The notes: generated from the letters alone by a model not told the origin. DNA of 64,000 nucleotides from Polyangiales bacterium (GCA_964202905.1 CAXNJO010000008.1:33350-97349), one strand, 5' to 3'. Counted from the first letter of the stretch, positions 21,342-31,800 are shown. Program-made: numbers and translations.

Positions 21342-22664
21342 ATGGCCGAGATCGCCCCGCTGCACGCGCTTCGCTTCGACGACGACGAGCTCCCCGCCGT
21401 GATCGCGCCGCCCTACGACGTGCTCGGTCCCGCGGAGCGCGCGGCCTACGCGGCGCGCTCGCCCCACAACGTCGTGCACGTCGATCTGCCCGAGGGCGAC
21501 GGCGACGCGAAGTACGCCGCGGCCGCGGAGCGTCTCGCGTCGTGGCGCGCGCAGGGCGTGCTCCGGCGCGACGCGCGCGGCTCGATCGTGCGTTACGAGC
21601 AGACGTTCACGCCCCCTGGCGGCGGCGCGCCGATCACGCGTCGCGGCTTCTTCGCGCTCGTCCGCGCGGAGCCCTACGAGGCGCGCGTCGTGCTTCCCCA
21701 CGAGCGCACGCTGAGCGGCCCGAAGGAGGACCGCTACAAGCTCTTCCGCGCGACGGCGACCGCGCTCTCGCCGGTCTTTCTGCTCTACCGCGACGCGAGC
21801 GGCGACGTCGCGCGCGCCCTCGAGGACACCGGTCCGGTCTCCCGCTGGACGACGGACGACGGCATCGCGCATTCGGTCGCCCGCATCACGGACGCCGCCG
21901 AGCTGCGCGCGGTCGCTGCCGCGCTGCGCGACGAGCCGCTGCTCATCGCCGACGGGCACCACCGCTACGAGACGACCCTGCGCTACGGCGCCGCGATCGA
22001 CGCCGAGCGCGCCGCGCAGGGCCTGCCGCCCGCGCCGGACGGGGCGCATCGCTTCGTGCTCGCCTTCCTCGCGGACGCCGACGATCCGGGGCTCGTCGTG
22101 TTCCCGACGCATCGCCTCGTGAGCGCGATCCCCGGCTTCGATCGCGCCGCGCTGCTCGACGGCGTGCGCGGGCTCTTCGACGTCCTCCCCGCGCGCGCGG
22201 ACGACGTGCCCGCGCTGGTCGCGGCGCTCGCGGCTGCCGGGCGCGAGCGACCGTCGTTCGCGGCGGTCTTCCCGGGGGGCGAGGCGGCGCTGCTCACGTT
22301 GCGCGCCGATGCGGACGTCGACGGGCACCCGGTGCTCGGTGCGCGCGCCGCGGTGCTGCGGCGCACCGACTGCGTGCTCCTGCACGCGGGCATCCTCGAG
22401 CCCGTGCTCGGCCTCACCGCCGAGGCGCAGGCGCAGCAGACGAACCTCGCCTACTTCAAGATCGCGCAGGACGCGGTGCGCGCGCTCGAGCAGGGCGGCG
22501 GGCAGGTCCTGTTCCTCATGAACGGCACGCCCGTCGCGGACGTGCGCCGCTCGTGCGAGGCGGGCGAGGTGATGCCGCAGAAGAGCACCTTCTTCTATCC
22601 GAAGGTGCCGACGGGCGTGGTGCTGCACGCCCTCGACCCGGAGGACACCGTCGCGCCGGCGTGA
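21342..22664 (+). CDS. DUF1015 domain-containing protein
   Basis: ATG 21342 (MAEIAPLHALRFDDD...) in track ORF 21288..22664. Characteristic blocks PPYDV, VLPHERT, IADGHHRYET, VFPTHRL, VMPQKSTFFYPK. Confidence 0.85.
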   Translation: MAEIAPLHALRFDDDELPAVIAPPYDVLGPAERAAYAARSPHNVVHVDLPEGDGDAKYAAAAERLASWRAQGVLRRDARGSIVRYEQTFTPPGGGAPITRRGFFALVRAEPYEARVVLPHERTLSGPKEDRYKLFRATATALSPVFLLYRDASGDVARALEDTGPVSRWTTDDGIAHSVARITDAAELRAVAAALRDEPLLIADGHHRYETTLRYGAAIDAERAAQGLPPAPDGAHRFVLAFLADADDPGLVVFPTHRLVSAIPGFDRAALLDGVRGLFDVLPARADDVPALVAALAAAGRERPSFAAVFPGGEAALLTLRADADVDGHPVLGARAAVLRRTDCVLLHAGILEPVLGLTAEAQAQQTNLAYFKIAQDAVRALEQGGGQVLFLMNGTPVADVRRSCEAGEVMPQKSTFFYPKVPTGVVLHALDPEDTVAPA

Positions 22665-22702
22665 CGGTGGCCCACGCCCCGCGCGCGGTCCGCACGCGAC
22701 TT

Positions 22703-22732
22703 TTGACACCGGTGCCCCCGGCGCGATAGATA
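22703..22732 (+). promoter_or_regulatory. sigma70-like promoter candidate (TTGACA-18 nt-TAGATA) just upstream of the 22743 ATG
   Basis: TTGACA at 22703-22708 and TAGATA at 22727-22732. The ATG at 22743 is only 10 nt after the -10 hexamer, implying a very short or absent leader. Sequence match only. Confidence 0.3.
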
Positions 22733-22742
22733 CGGACGCACC

Positions 22743-23006
22743 ATGGCGCTCATCGAGACAGAAGAGGCGGCCCGCCGGCTCGCGAGGGCCATCGCCAGCG
22801 ATCTCTCGCTCTACAACGAGGAGAAGATTGTCGAGGGGATCACGCAGGATCGCCTCTTCGAGAAGCTCGCCGACGAGATCGAGGAGGGCCGCGCGCTGTT
22901 CAAGAGCCGCGTCGCCCCCGATCTCTACGCGAAGAACTTCTACGACCGCGCCATCATCGACATCCTCGTGCGGTCCAAGGGCCACATCAAATCGCCGTTG
23001 TGGTGA
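22743..23006 (+). CDS. small conserved hypothetical protein (87 aa)
   Basis: Track ORF 22743..23006: MALIETEEAARRLARAIASDLSLYNEEKIVEGITQDRLFEKLADEIEEGRALFKSRVAPDLYAKNFYDRAIIDILVRSKGHIKSPLW. Balanced, non-Arg-biased composition unlike shadow ORFs. Confidence 0.7.
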   Translation: MALIETEEAARRLARAIASDLSLYNEEKIVEGITQDRLFEKLADEIEEGRALFKSRVAPDLYAKNFYDRAIIDILVRSKGHIKSPLW

Positions 23007-23022
23007 GCGCGCCCCGGGCGAC

Positions 23023-24012
23023 GTGACCGCGCCCATCGCCCTGCTCCTCGACGCCTCCGCGAGCGGCGAGCGCCTCGACAAGGTGCTCGCCGCGCTCGTT
23101 CCGTCGGCCTCGCGCGCCACGTTGCAGCGCTGGATCACCGAGGGGCGCGTCACCGTCGACGGCGCGCCCGCGCGGGTCAGCGCGAAGGCGAGGGCCGGGC
23201 AGCGGGTCGTCGTCACGCCGGCGCCCGCGCCGCCCGGCGACGCCCTGCCCGAGGACATCCCGCTGACGGTGCTCTTCGAGGACGCGGATCTCCTCGTCCT
23301 CGACAAGCCCGCGGGCCTCGTCGTGCATCCCGCGGCCGGGCATCCGGACGGGACGCTCGTGAACGCGGTGCTGCACCACACGCGCATCGAGGTCCCGACG
23401 GACGACGCGCTCGACGACGACGCGGGCCCTGACTCCGAGGCGCCCGGACACGCGGGCCCCGAGCCCGTCTCGCGGCCCGGCATCGTGCACCGCCTCGACA
23501 AGGACACGAGCGGCGTGATGGTCGTCGCCAAGACGCTCCGCGCGCGTGACGGCCTCGTGCGCGTCTTCGCGGCGCACGCGCTCGAGCGTCGCTACCTCGC
23601 CATCGCGACGGGCGCGCCGCCCGACGCCGTCACCTACGACACGCTCCACGCGCGTCACCCCACCGATCGGAAGCGCTTCACGAGCCGCGCGCTCCGCGGC
23701 AAGCGCGCGATCACGCACGTCGCGGTGCGCGAGCGCCTGCATGGCGCGGCGCTCGTCGTGTGTCGCCTCGAGACGGGGCGCACGCATCAGATCCGCGTGC
23801 ACCTCGCGGACGCGGGCTTCGCGCTCCTCGGCGACCGCGTCTATGGGCGCCCGCCGCGCGACGCGCACGTGCGGGCCGCGGGGGAGGCGCTCTCCCGCCA
23901 GGCGCTTCATGCGGCGTCGCTCGCGTTCGCGCACCCGGTGAGCGGCGCGCCGTTGCGCTTCGAGTCCGCGCCGCCCGAGGACTTCGCCGCCGCGCTCGCG
24001 GCCCTGCGCTGA
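23023..24012 (+). CDS. rluD: RluA-family 23S rRNA pseudouridine synthase with S4 domain (RluD type)
   Basis: GTG 23023 in the frame of track ORF 22828..24012. S4-like RLDKVLA...SRATLQRWITEGRVTVDG. Catalytic block GIVHRLDKDTSGVMVVAK. RTHQIRVHL. Confidence 0.9.
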   Translation: MTAPIALLLDASASGERLDKVLAALVPSASRATLQRWITEGRVTVDGAPARVSAKARAGQRVVVTPAPAPPGDALPEDIPLTVLFEDADLLVLDKPAGLVVHPAAGHPDGTLVNAVLHHTRIEVPTDDALDDDAGPDSEAPGHAGPEPVSRPGIVHRLDKDTSGVMVVAKTLRARDGLVRVFAAHALERRYLAIATGAPPDAVTYDTLHARHPTDRKRFTSRALRGKRAITHVAVRERLHGAALVVCRLETGRTHQIRVHLADAGFALLGDRVYGRPPRDAHVRAAGEALSRQALHAASLAFAHPVSGAPLRFESAPPEDFAAALAALR

Positions 24013-24017
24013 GGCGC

Positions 24018-24665
24018 TCAGGTCGTCTGTTTGAGGAGAAACTTCGCGTTTGCGAACATGTCGATGTTCGTGAAGACGCAGAAGGTCTCCTTCGCCTTCG
24101 AGCCGCGGACGGCCTCGACGACCCGCTCGAGCGTGGTCTCCTCGTAGCGCGAGCGGTGCCCCGCGGGGCCGTGGAGCCGGAGGTACAGCAGCGATGCCTT
24201 CGCGGGGTAGGGGCCCGTGAGGGGGTTGTAGGCGGCGTGCGCGCCGGCGTCGCCGACGGCGCTCGCGATCTCCTCGCCCTGCCAGGAGGGCAGATCGAAG
24301 ACGACCGGCGGCAGCCCGCGGGGCAGCGCTTCGGCGAAGGCCTTGAGCTGCGCGCGTGCGATGCGCGTGGGCAGCAGCTCCGGTGGCGCCGCGAACACGA
24401 GCGCGCGCGCGCCGAGCGTGCGGGCGACGGCCGCGACCTCGACGAGGCCCGGGGCGGCCTTGCCCTTCTCCGCGAAGCCGTTGGCCGCGATGCCCTTCGG
24501 CGCGAGGACGGTGAAGCCGTAGCCCTCGGGCGCCTCGCGCAGCCAGCGGCGCAAGGTGCCTGCGCCGGGGACCGCCGTCTCGGTGTCGGAGATCTCCACC
24601 GCGGGGAGCTCCGCCCAGTAGCGGCTGACGGGCACGGGGAAACCGGAGCACGCGACGAGCTTCAT
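24018..24665 (-). CDS. DUF72 domain-containing protein
   Basis: Track ORF 24018..24689; probable start ATG 24665 (MKLVACSGFPVPVSRYWAELPAVEISDT...). C-terminal ...YLRLHGPAGHRSRYEE...FCVFTNIDMFANAKFL pattern is typical of DUF72. Convergent with rluD, with a 5-nt gap. Confidence 0.7.
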   Translation of the reverse strand: MKLVACSGFPVPVSRYWAELPAVEISDTETAVPGAGTLRRWLREAPEGYGFTVLAPKGIAANGFAEKGKAAPGLVEVAAVARTLGARALVFAAPPELLPTRIARAQLKAFAEALPRGLPPVVFDLPSWQGEEIASAVGDAGAHAAYNPLTGPYPAKASLLYLRLHGPAGHRSRYEETTLERVVEAVRGSKAKETFCVFTNIDMFANAKFLLKQTT

Positions 24666-24779
24666 GGATCCGCGGACTATACCGGACATCGTCGCTGCGC
24701 GGCGCGCTCATCCATTCCCTACGTCGCCGGTGCGCGCGCGCGCATCCGCCGCGCGGCGCATGCTGCTAGCATCGGGCGC

Positions 24780-26528
24780 GTGCCCCCGCCCCCCGCGCGC
24801 CTGCCGCGGTCCGCGCCCTTGGCCTGCGTGCTCGCCCTGCTGGGCGTGGCCTCGGCGCACCTCGGCGTCGCGCGCGCGCAGGCGCCCGAGGGGCTCGATC
24901 CGCAGCTCTTCGTGCTGCCCGCCGCGGGGGGCACGACGTTCACGATCGATCGTCCCTCGGTGCCGCGGCACCTGAGCGTCGTCGCCGGGCTCGGCGTGCA
25001 CTACGCGCACGCGCCGCTCGTCCGCGCGAACGCCGATGGCACGACCACGCCGGTCGTGGCCGGGCTCGCGCAGGCGGACGCGCTCTTCGCGGTCGGCTTC
25101 TTCGAGCGCGTGGAGCTCGGCGTCGCGATGCCGATTGCGCTCGGCGACGTCGCGCGTGACGCGGGGGCGACGCCGATCGAGCGCGCGTGGCGGCTCGCGC
25201 CCGGTGACCTGCGCCTCTCCGCGAAGGTGCCGCTGCTGCGCGGCGACTTCGCGCTCGCCGCGCGCGGCGTGTTCACGCTGCCGACAGGCGACGCACGACG
25301 CTTTCTCGGTGCGCCCTACTGGACGGCGACGCCCGAGGTCGTCGCGTCGGTCGCGCTCGGCGACCTCACGCTGGCCGCGCAGCTCGGCTATCGACTGCGG
25401 CGCCGCACGGCGCTCGGCGGTCTCGAGCACGACGATGAGCTGCACGTCGCGTTCGGCGCGGCGTGGGCGCTCTCGACGCAGTTCGCGCTCATCGCGGAGT
25501 CCCAGCTCCGCGTGGGGCTCGGGGGCCGCACGCTCGCTGCGGGTGAGTCGCCGATGGAGGCGGACGTCGGCGTCCGTTGGCGCGTCGGCGGTGTCACCGT
25601 GGAGGCGGGCGCGGGGACGGGCGTGCTCGCGGGCTACGGCGCGCCCGTCGCGCGCGCGTTCACGGTCGTGCGTTACCAGAGCGAGCGGGCGCCGTGCGCA
25701 GCCGGTCCGGAAGACTTCGACGGCTTCGAAGACGGGGACTTCTGCGCCGACGCCGACAACGACGCGGACGGCGTGCCCGACGACGCGGACGAGTGCCCGA
25801 ACGACGCCGAGGACGCGGACGGCTTCCTCGACGCCGATGGCTGCCCCGATCCGGACAACGACGCCGACGGCGCGCTCGACGCGCGCGACGGCTGCCCGAC
25901 CGTCAGCGAAGACCGCGACGGCTTCCGCGACGAAGACGGCTGCCCTGAGGGCGACAACGACGAGGACGGCCTCGCTGACGGCCTCGACGACTGCCCGATG
26001 GAGCCCGAGGACCGCGACCAGTTCCAGGACGACGACGGCTGCCCCGAGCCCGGTCCGCGCGCCGCCACGGTCACCGTGACCGACACGCGCATCCTGATCT
26101 CGGAGCGCATCTATTTCGATTTCGACCGCGACACGATCCGCAGCGTGTCGATGCCGCTCCTGGATCAGGTCGCCTCGGTGATGGCGGACATCCCTGCCGG
26201 GCGGCGCGTGCGCGTCGAGGGCTACTCCGACAACCAGGGCGAGGAGCGTTACAACGTCGACCTCTCCTACCGCCGTGCGCGCTCGGTCGTCGAGTACCTC
26301 GCGAGCCGCGGCGTCGCGCGCGCGCGCCTCGACTACGCGGGGTACGGCAGCCGTCAGCCCGTCGCGCCGAACGACACCGCCGACGGCCGCGCGCTCAACC
26401 GTCGTGTCGAGTTCACCATCCTGGATGAGGGTAGCGAGGCGCAGGGGCGCGGCGCAGCGCCCGCGGGCACGGTGCCCGCGCGGCGACGGGAGCGACGCCG
26501 CGGCGGCTCGCCCCGCGCGACGGAGTAG
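24780..26528 (+). CDS. OmpA-family outer membrane protein with thrombospondin type-3 (Asp-rich calcium-binding) repeats
   Basis: GTG 24780 in the frame of track ORF 23760..26528 gives a signal peptide (...LACVLALLGVASAHLGVARAQA). N-terminal beta-barrel-like region. Repeats DNDADGVPDDADECP, DADGCPDPDNDADG, DRDGFRDEDGCPEGDNDEDG. OmpA C-terminal domain (VEGYSDNQG..., NRRVEFTIL). Confidence 0.9.
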   Translation: MPPPPARLPRSAPLACVLALLGVASAHLGVARAQAPEGLDPQLFVLPAAGGTTFTIDRPSVPRHLSVVAGLGVHYAHAPLVRANADGTTTPVVAGLAQADALFAVGFFERVELGVAMPIALGDVARDAGATPIERAWRLAPGDLRLSAKVPLLRGDFALAARGVFTLPTGDARRFLGAPYWTATPEVVASVALGDLTLAAQLGYRLRRRTALGGLEHDDELHVAFGAAWALSTQFALIAESQLRVGLGGRTLAAGESPMEADVGVRWRVGGVTVEAGAGTGVLAGYGAPVARAFTVVRYQSERAPCAAGPEDFDGFEDGDFCADADNDADGVPDDADECPNDAEDADGFLDADGCPDPDNDADGALDARDGCPTVSEDRDGFRDEDGCPEGDNDEDGLADGLDDCPMEPEDRDQFQDDDGCPEPGPRAATVTVTDTRILISERIYFDFDRDTIRSVSMPLLDQVASVMADIPAGRRVRVEGYSDNQGEERYNVDLSYRRARSVVEYLASRGVARARLDYAGYGSRQPVAPNDTADGRALNRRVEFTILDEGSEAQGRGAAPAGTVPARRRERRRGGSPRATE

Positions 26529-26606
26529 GGCGCAGCCGGGCGGGCCGAGCCGGGCGCGTCAGGGGAGCGCGCGGCGGCCCGCCGCGTCAGGCGCTTCGCG
26601 CGAAGA

Positions 26607-27464
26607 TCAGGGTCCGACGACGTCGCGGAAGGCGTCGGCGGGGTCGGCGCGGCGCTCGAACGGCGAGCCGATCACGCCGGGCTCGACGGGGAACGCCGGG
26701 CGCAGCGCGACGAGCGCGCCGCCGAGCGCGAGGAGCGCGAGCAGGCCCACGACGAGCGCGCGCGTCGCACGGCCGCGCACGCCCTCGGGCGTCGGCGGGC
26801 GCGCGACCAACATGCCGAGGACGAACCCCATCGCGAAGCCGCCCGCGTGCGCCCAGCCCGAGATCATGGGTATGGCGAAAGAGATGAGCGCGTTGAGCAG
26901 CACGAACTGCACGAGCTGCCCGCGCATCGAGCGCAGGAACGGCGCGGGCACGCGCCGACGTTGCACGAGCAGGTAGCCGCCGAGCGCGCCGAACACGCCG
27001 AACACCGCGCCGGACGCGCCGACGAGCGGCGCCGTGGGGCCGAAGGCGAGGGCGGTCATCGCGCCGGCGAGCCCGCTCACGACGTAGACGACGAGGTACG
27101 AGACGTTGCCGAAGAGGCGCTCGCCGAGGCGCCCGCCGAGCCAGAGCACGTACATGTTCGAGCCGACGTGCAGCACGCCCGCGTGCACGAAGGTCGAGGT
27201 CAGCAGGCGCCAGGGCTCGCCGTGCACGACCTTCGGTCCGTACGCGGCGCCCCAGCGGAGCAGGTCCATGCCGCTCGGGGCGAGCGGCGAGACGCCGAAC
27301 GCGCCGACCTGCGCGGCGAACACCGCGACGTTGGCGAGCACGAGGGCGAGCGTGACCCAGAGGCGGGGCGTCGCGCGGTGCAGGGCGCGCGCGAAGTCCT
27401 CGATCGCGGCGTCGTCGGCGGGGGGAGCGAGCCGGGTGATGGGCGGGGGGCGATGGTCGGTCAC
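26607..27464 (-). CDS. rhomboid family intramembrane serine protease
   Basis: Track ORF 26607..27464. WRLLTSTFVHAGVLHVGSNM, catalytic GASGAVFG, WAHAGGF. Six or more TM segments. Confidence 0.9.
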   Translation of the reverse strand: MTDHRPPPITRLAPPADDAAIEDFARALHRATPRLWVTLALVLANVAVFAAQVGAFGVSPLAPSGMDLLRWGAAYGPKVVHGEPWRLLTSTFVHAGVLHVGSNMYVLWLGGRLGERLFGNVSYLVVYVVSGLAGAMTALAFGPTAPLVGASGAVFGVFGALGGYLLVQRRRVPAPFLRSMRGQLVQFVLLNALISFAIPMISGWAHAGGFAMGFVLGMLVARPPTPEGVRGRATRALVVGLLALLALGGALVALRPAFPVEPGVIGSPFERRADPADAFRDVVGP

Positions 27465-28225
27465 TCGTCAGGGTCCTCGATCTTCCACACGCCACCCTCG
27501 CGGCGGAGGCGGGCGAGGCGCCGTCCGCCCTCGCCGTAGCGGAGCGTCGCGTGGTCGCCGATCTCTTCGAGCGGCGCGTCGAGCGACGCGCGCAGCGCCG
27601 CGATCAGACGGGCCGTCTCTTCGCGGGCTTCCACCGAGAAGGCGGTGCGCATGCGCGCCTCGCTCATCCCCGTGCGGTCGGCTTCGGGCACGAAGCGCAG
27701 CACGACGTCGTAGCGCTCACGCTCCATCGCGCGCACGAACGCGCGCAGCGCCGCGCGCGGGGTGGACTGGTCGTAGAAGTCCGCGAGGTTGGTGGCGATG
27801 CGCCAGTCGGCGCCGTCGCGCACGAGGGCCACCGTGTCGCCGTCGGCGAGCTGCACCTCGGCCCGCTGCGCGGCGGCGCCGTCCCGCTGCGCGAGCGCGG
27901 CGGCGGCCTCGCGCGCCTCGGCGGGGTTCTCCGCGAGGTGCCGGGCGAACTCCGCGCGTGAGACGCGGCGGCGATGGGCCTCGGACATGAGCGCGTAGGC
28001 CCCGTCCGCGTCGCCGACGCGGAGCGCACGCGCGAAGGCGTCGACGACGTCTTCCGGAGCGCGTCCCGCGGCGGCGCCGCCACACGCCGCGAGCGCACCG
28101 ACGAGCAGCGCTGTCACAACCAGGCGGACGACGCGTCGTGGCACCGGCAGGAGGGCGACGCGGGCCCGTGCTCGCCGCGGGGGGACACCGCCACGCGCCC
28201 CCGCCCCTCTGCCCGTGTCGCGCAT
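27461..28225 (-). CDS. hypothetical lipoprotein
   Basis: Track ORF 27461..28324; likely start ATG 28225 (MRDTGRG...). Lipobox LVGALAACGG. Stop overlaps the rhomboid start by 4 nt. Confidence 0.65.
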   Translation of the reverse strand: MRDTGRGAGARGGVPPRRARARVALLPVPRRVVRLVVTALLVGALAACGGAAAGRAPEDVVDAFARALRVGDADGAYALMSEAHRRRVSRAEFARHLAENPAEAREAAAALAQRDGAAAQRAEVQLADGDTVALVRDGADWRIATNLADFYDQSTPRAALRAFVRAMERERYDVVLRFVPEADRTGMSEARMRTAFSVEAREETARLIAALRASLDAPLEEIGDHATLRYGEGGRRLARLRREGGVWKIEDPDE

Positions 28226-28282
28226 CGCCCCGTTTCCTAGCAGAAAGCGCGCACGGCGGGGGCATCGCGCGCGGCGTGGCCC

Positions 28283-28747
28283 GTGGCTCGGGGCGGCGCG
28301 CAGCCTTTGCAGCGCACGATCCACGGGCTGCTAGTCTCGGCGCCCGTGGACGACTCCCAGGGCACCCACTCGCGCGGACTCGACGCCCGTCTGCTCCGCT
28401 TCCGCTCGCGCGCGGAGGGCGAGGCTGCTGCGCCGCTCGCGCAGGATCTGCTCGCGGCCGGGCGCGCGCAGGAGGCGCTCGAGGTCGTCGCCGCGGGCCT
28501 GCGTCAGTCGCCCGGCGACCCGCTGCTGCTGCGCGTCGAGGGGCAGGCGTGGCTCGCCGAGGGCCAGCACGCGCGCGCGCAGGTGGCGCTCGTCGCGGCG
28601 GGGAAGGCGGCTCCCCGGGACCCGGAGGTGTTCCGCGCGCTCGGGGAGGTGCTGCTCGCGCGTGGCGACTCCGTCCGCGCGGCGAAGGTGCTCGAGCGCG
28701 CCGCGGCGCTCGCGCCGGGCGATCGGGCTCTCGCGCAGCTCGTCTGA
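28283..28747 (+). CDS. small TPR-like protein, possibly the N-terminal part of the downstream TPR gene (same frame, separated by one TGA)
   Basis: Track ORF 28283..28747; an alternative GTG start lies at 28346. Helical-repeat-like sequence (GRAQEALEVVAAGLRQSPGDPLLL..., DPEVFRALGEVLLARGDSVRAAKVLERAAALAPGD). Same reading frame as ORF 28802..32047. Confidence 0.5.
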   Translation: MARGGAQPLQRTIHGLLVSAPVDDSQGTHSRGLDARLLRFRSRAEGEAAAPLAQDLLAAGRAQEALEVVAAGLRQSPGDPLLLRVEGQAWLAEGQHARAQVALVAAGKAAPRDPEVFRALGEVLLARGDSVRAAKVLERAAALAPGDRALAQLV

Positions 28748-28780
28748 GCGCGCGGCACGGGGCAGCGCGCCGACGCGGCG

Positions 28781-28864
28781 CTGGCCGAGCCGCCGCCGCG
28801 CGTGGCCGAGCCGCCGCCGCGCGTGGCCGAGCCGCCGACGCGCGTGGCCGAGCCGCCGCCGCGC
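28781..28864 (+). repeat. 21-bp x4 tandem coding repeat ((L/V)AEPP(P/T)R)
   Basis: CTGGCCGAGCCGCCGCCGCGC / GTGGCCGAGCCGCCGCCGCGC / GTGGCCGAGCCGCCGACGCGC / GTGGCCGAGCCGCCGCCGCGC, read directly. Confidence 0.9.
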
Positions 28865-31800
28865 GTGTCTGCGTGGTCCGTGTCTGCGCCGCCCGCCGGA
28901 GCGGTCCCGTTCCCCGCCGATTGGCTCTCCCCGGATGCGCACGCGCGCGCCGAAGACGCCGCGGTGTCGTTCGACGACGAGAGCGAGCGCACCTTCGTCG
29001 CCGACCCCGCACGTTTGCGCGCCGCGCTCGAAGACGACGCGCGCCTTGCCCGCGCGGAGGCCGCCTCGCGTGCGGGCGACGCGACGCCGGTTGCGCCCCC
29101 TGCGCGCCCCTCCATCGGCGTGACGCCGGTCGCGCCGCCCGCGTCGGCGCCGGTCGCGCCGTCATCGTCCGACGCCTCGACGTCGACGCCATCCGTCGCG
29201 TCGCCGCGCGCGCCGCGCCCCGCGCTTCCCCGTCCCGTGCCGCTGCCCGCCGCGCGGCCGCGTGCGGAGGCTCCCGTCGCCCCGTCGACCTCGACGCGCC
29301 CGCTCGCATCGCACGCGGAACTGCCCGATTTCACGGAGGATCCGCCCGCGGATCCGGACGCAGCGCCCAAGCCGCCGGTCTCGACCGGCGAGTCCCCCGC
29401 GCCGCCGGTCGTGCGGGGGGCCGCGTCCGACGCCCTGGCGTCGTTCCTCGCGCCGCCCGACGCGCCGCCCGTGCCGCCATCGGCGTCGTCCGAGGGGAGC
29501 GAGACGCAGTGGGCGCCCCACGAGGCATCGACCGCCGCCCCCGCTGCGCCGCACATCGACCCGTCGGAGCGCCCCGGCGCGCCGCGCCTCGTCGCGCCGC
29601 CGCCGGCGTCGCTGCCGGACTCGTCGGAGGCATCGACGCCCGTCCCGCTGGACGTGCCGCTGGACGCGCCGCCGGTGCGCGTCGCCGAATCGCCCGCGGC
29701 GCAGCCTCCCCATGCGCCGCCGACGACGGAGGCGTCCGTCTCGCCGCCGCTCGCGCTCGAGCAGACCGTCGACGCGGCGGCGAAGCGCGGGCGCGGCGGT
29801 CCCAGACTCGCCATCGTCGCCGGGGTGTTGCTCGTGCTCGGTGGCGCGGGCGGGCTTGGCGGTTGGCGCTACCTCGCCGTGCGTCGGGGGACCGCGGCGG
29901 CGCTCGTCGCGACCGCGCGCGGGGAGGCGATCGACGGTGACGGTGCCTCGCTCGCCGACGCCGAGCGGCACCTGCGCGAGGCGGTCGCGCTCGACGCGGC
30001 CGATCCCGAAGGGGCCCGGATCGCCTCGTTCGTCGCGACGCAGCGCGCCCTCGAGGACGGCGCACCCGACGCGGCGGCCCTCCGCGTGGCGATCACCGAC
30101 GCGCGGCGCGCGGGGGCCGCGTCCGCGTGGCTCGACGCCGCGGACGCGGTGCTGGCGACGATCGAAGGCCGCGTCGACGACGCGCGCCGCCTGCGCGACG
30201 CGGCGCTCCGCGCACAGCCGCGCGACGCCGCGACCCTCTACGTGGCTGGGCGGATCGGCCAGCAGCTCGGCGAACCCGACGCCGCCGCGCGCCTCGCCGA
30301 GGCCGTCTCTGCGGCCGATGCGCCGGCCGCCGCGCGCCTCGCGCTCGCCGAGGCGCGGCTCGATCAGGGCGACTCGGCCGCCGCCGTGCGGCTCGTCGAC
30401 GAGGTGCTCGCCCTGCGCGCCACGCACCTGCGCGCGCTGCTCTGGCGGGGGCTGCTCGGCGCCGGGGATACGGAGCCCGCCACCGCGCTCACCGCGCTCT
30501 CGGGCCTCGATGCGCGCGTCGCGCAGGCCGCGCAGGCGGATCGGGTCCTCGCCGCGCTCGCCGCCGCGCGGCAGCGCCTCCGCGCGGGGGACCTCGAGAC
30601 CGCGGGCGCCTCGATCGACCGCGCGCTCGGGGTCGGCGTGCGGGACCCGCGCTGGCTCGCGCGCATCGCCACGGAGGCGCGCGCCTGCGGTCGCCTCGAG
30701 GGCGCGCAACAGGCGGCTCGCGAGGCCGTCGCGGGCGCTCCGATGAACGCCGACTATCGTCGCGGGCTCGCCGAAGTGCAACTCGCGCTCCACGACGGCG
30801 CCGGCGCGCTCGCCACGCTCGCGCCGCTGCCGGCCGGCGATCTGCGCGGCGCGCTGCTCTCGGCGCGCGCCGCGCTGCTCGTCGGTGCGGACGCCGCGCT
30901 CGCCTCGACGCGTGTGGCGCTCGACGCCCTCGTGACGGCGCACCCCGAGAACGTCGAGGCCCGCGCGCTGCGCTTGCGCGTCGCCGTCCGCCTCGGCGAC
31001 GTCGGACGCCTCGAGGACGCGCGGAAACTCGCGCGCGAGGCGCCGTCCGATCCGCTCGTCGCGCTCGCCGTGGGTGAGGCCGCGCTCGCGGCGCGCGAGC
31101 CCGAGACCGCCGCGCGCGCGCTCGAGGTGCTCGTCGCCGCCTCGCCGAGCGACCCGGACGCGCACTACCTGCTCGGCCGCGCCCGCCGCATGGGCGCGCT
31201 CGCCGGGCCCGCAGCCGAGAGCCTCCACCGCGCGCTCGCGCTCGCGCCGCAGCACGCCGCGGCCGCGATCACGCTCGGCGGCCTGCTCCTCGACACCGGC
31301 GCGTACGACGAGGCCGAGCGCCTCTACGCAGACCTCGCCGCGCAGACCGGCGTGTCGGGCGGCGTGCCCGCGGGGACGTTCGGACGCCTCGGGCGGATCG
31401 AGGCGCTGATCGGCCTCGGCCGGTCCGTCGACGCCCGCGCACAGCTCGCCGCGCTCCCTCCCGACGAGCGCGCGCTCCCCTCCGCGCAGCTCGCCGCCGC
31501 GCGACTCGCCCTCGCCGAGGGCGCCGCGCCCGACGCCGTCGCCGCGCTGCGGCCCCTCGCGGAGAGCCCGGGCACGCGCAGCAGCGAGGTGCTCGCGCTG
31601 TTCGGCGACGCGCTCTTCGAGGCCAGCGACGTGGACGCCGCGGCGCAGCAGTTCGACGCCGCGCTCGCGCTCGACGCCGGCTCGCCCGAGGCGTTGCTCG
31701 GCCGCGCGCGTGTCGCCCTCCGCGCGGAGCGCCCCGTGGACGTCCGCCTCTACGTCGATCGCCTGAAGGCCGCGCTGCTCACGCGGCTGCGCCCGCCGTC

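Noticed and set aside
28745-28747. In-frame TGA as a selenocysteine codon.
   Set aside because: No SECIS-like stem-loop is evident immediately downstream (the downstream sequence is a direct repeat, not a hairpin). The context is a TPR scaffold, not a redox enzyme. No sel genes are in the window.
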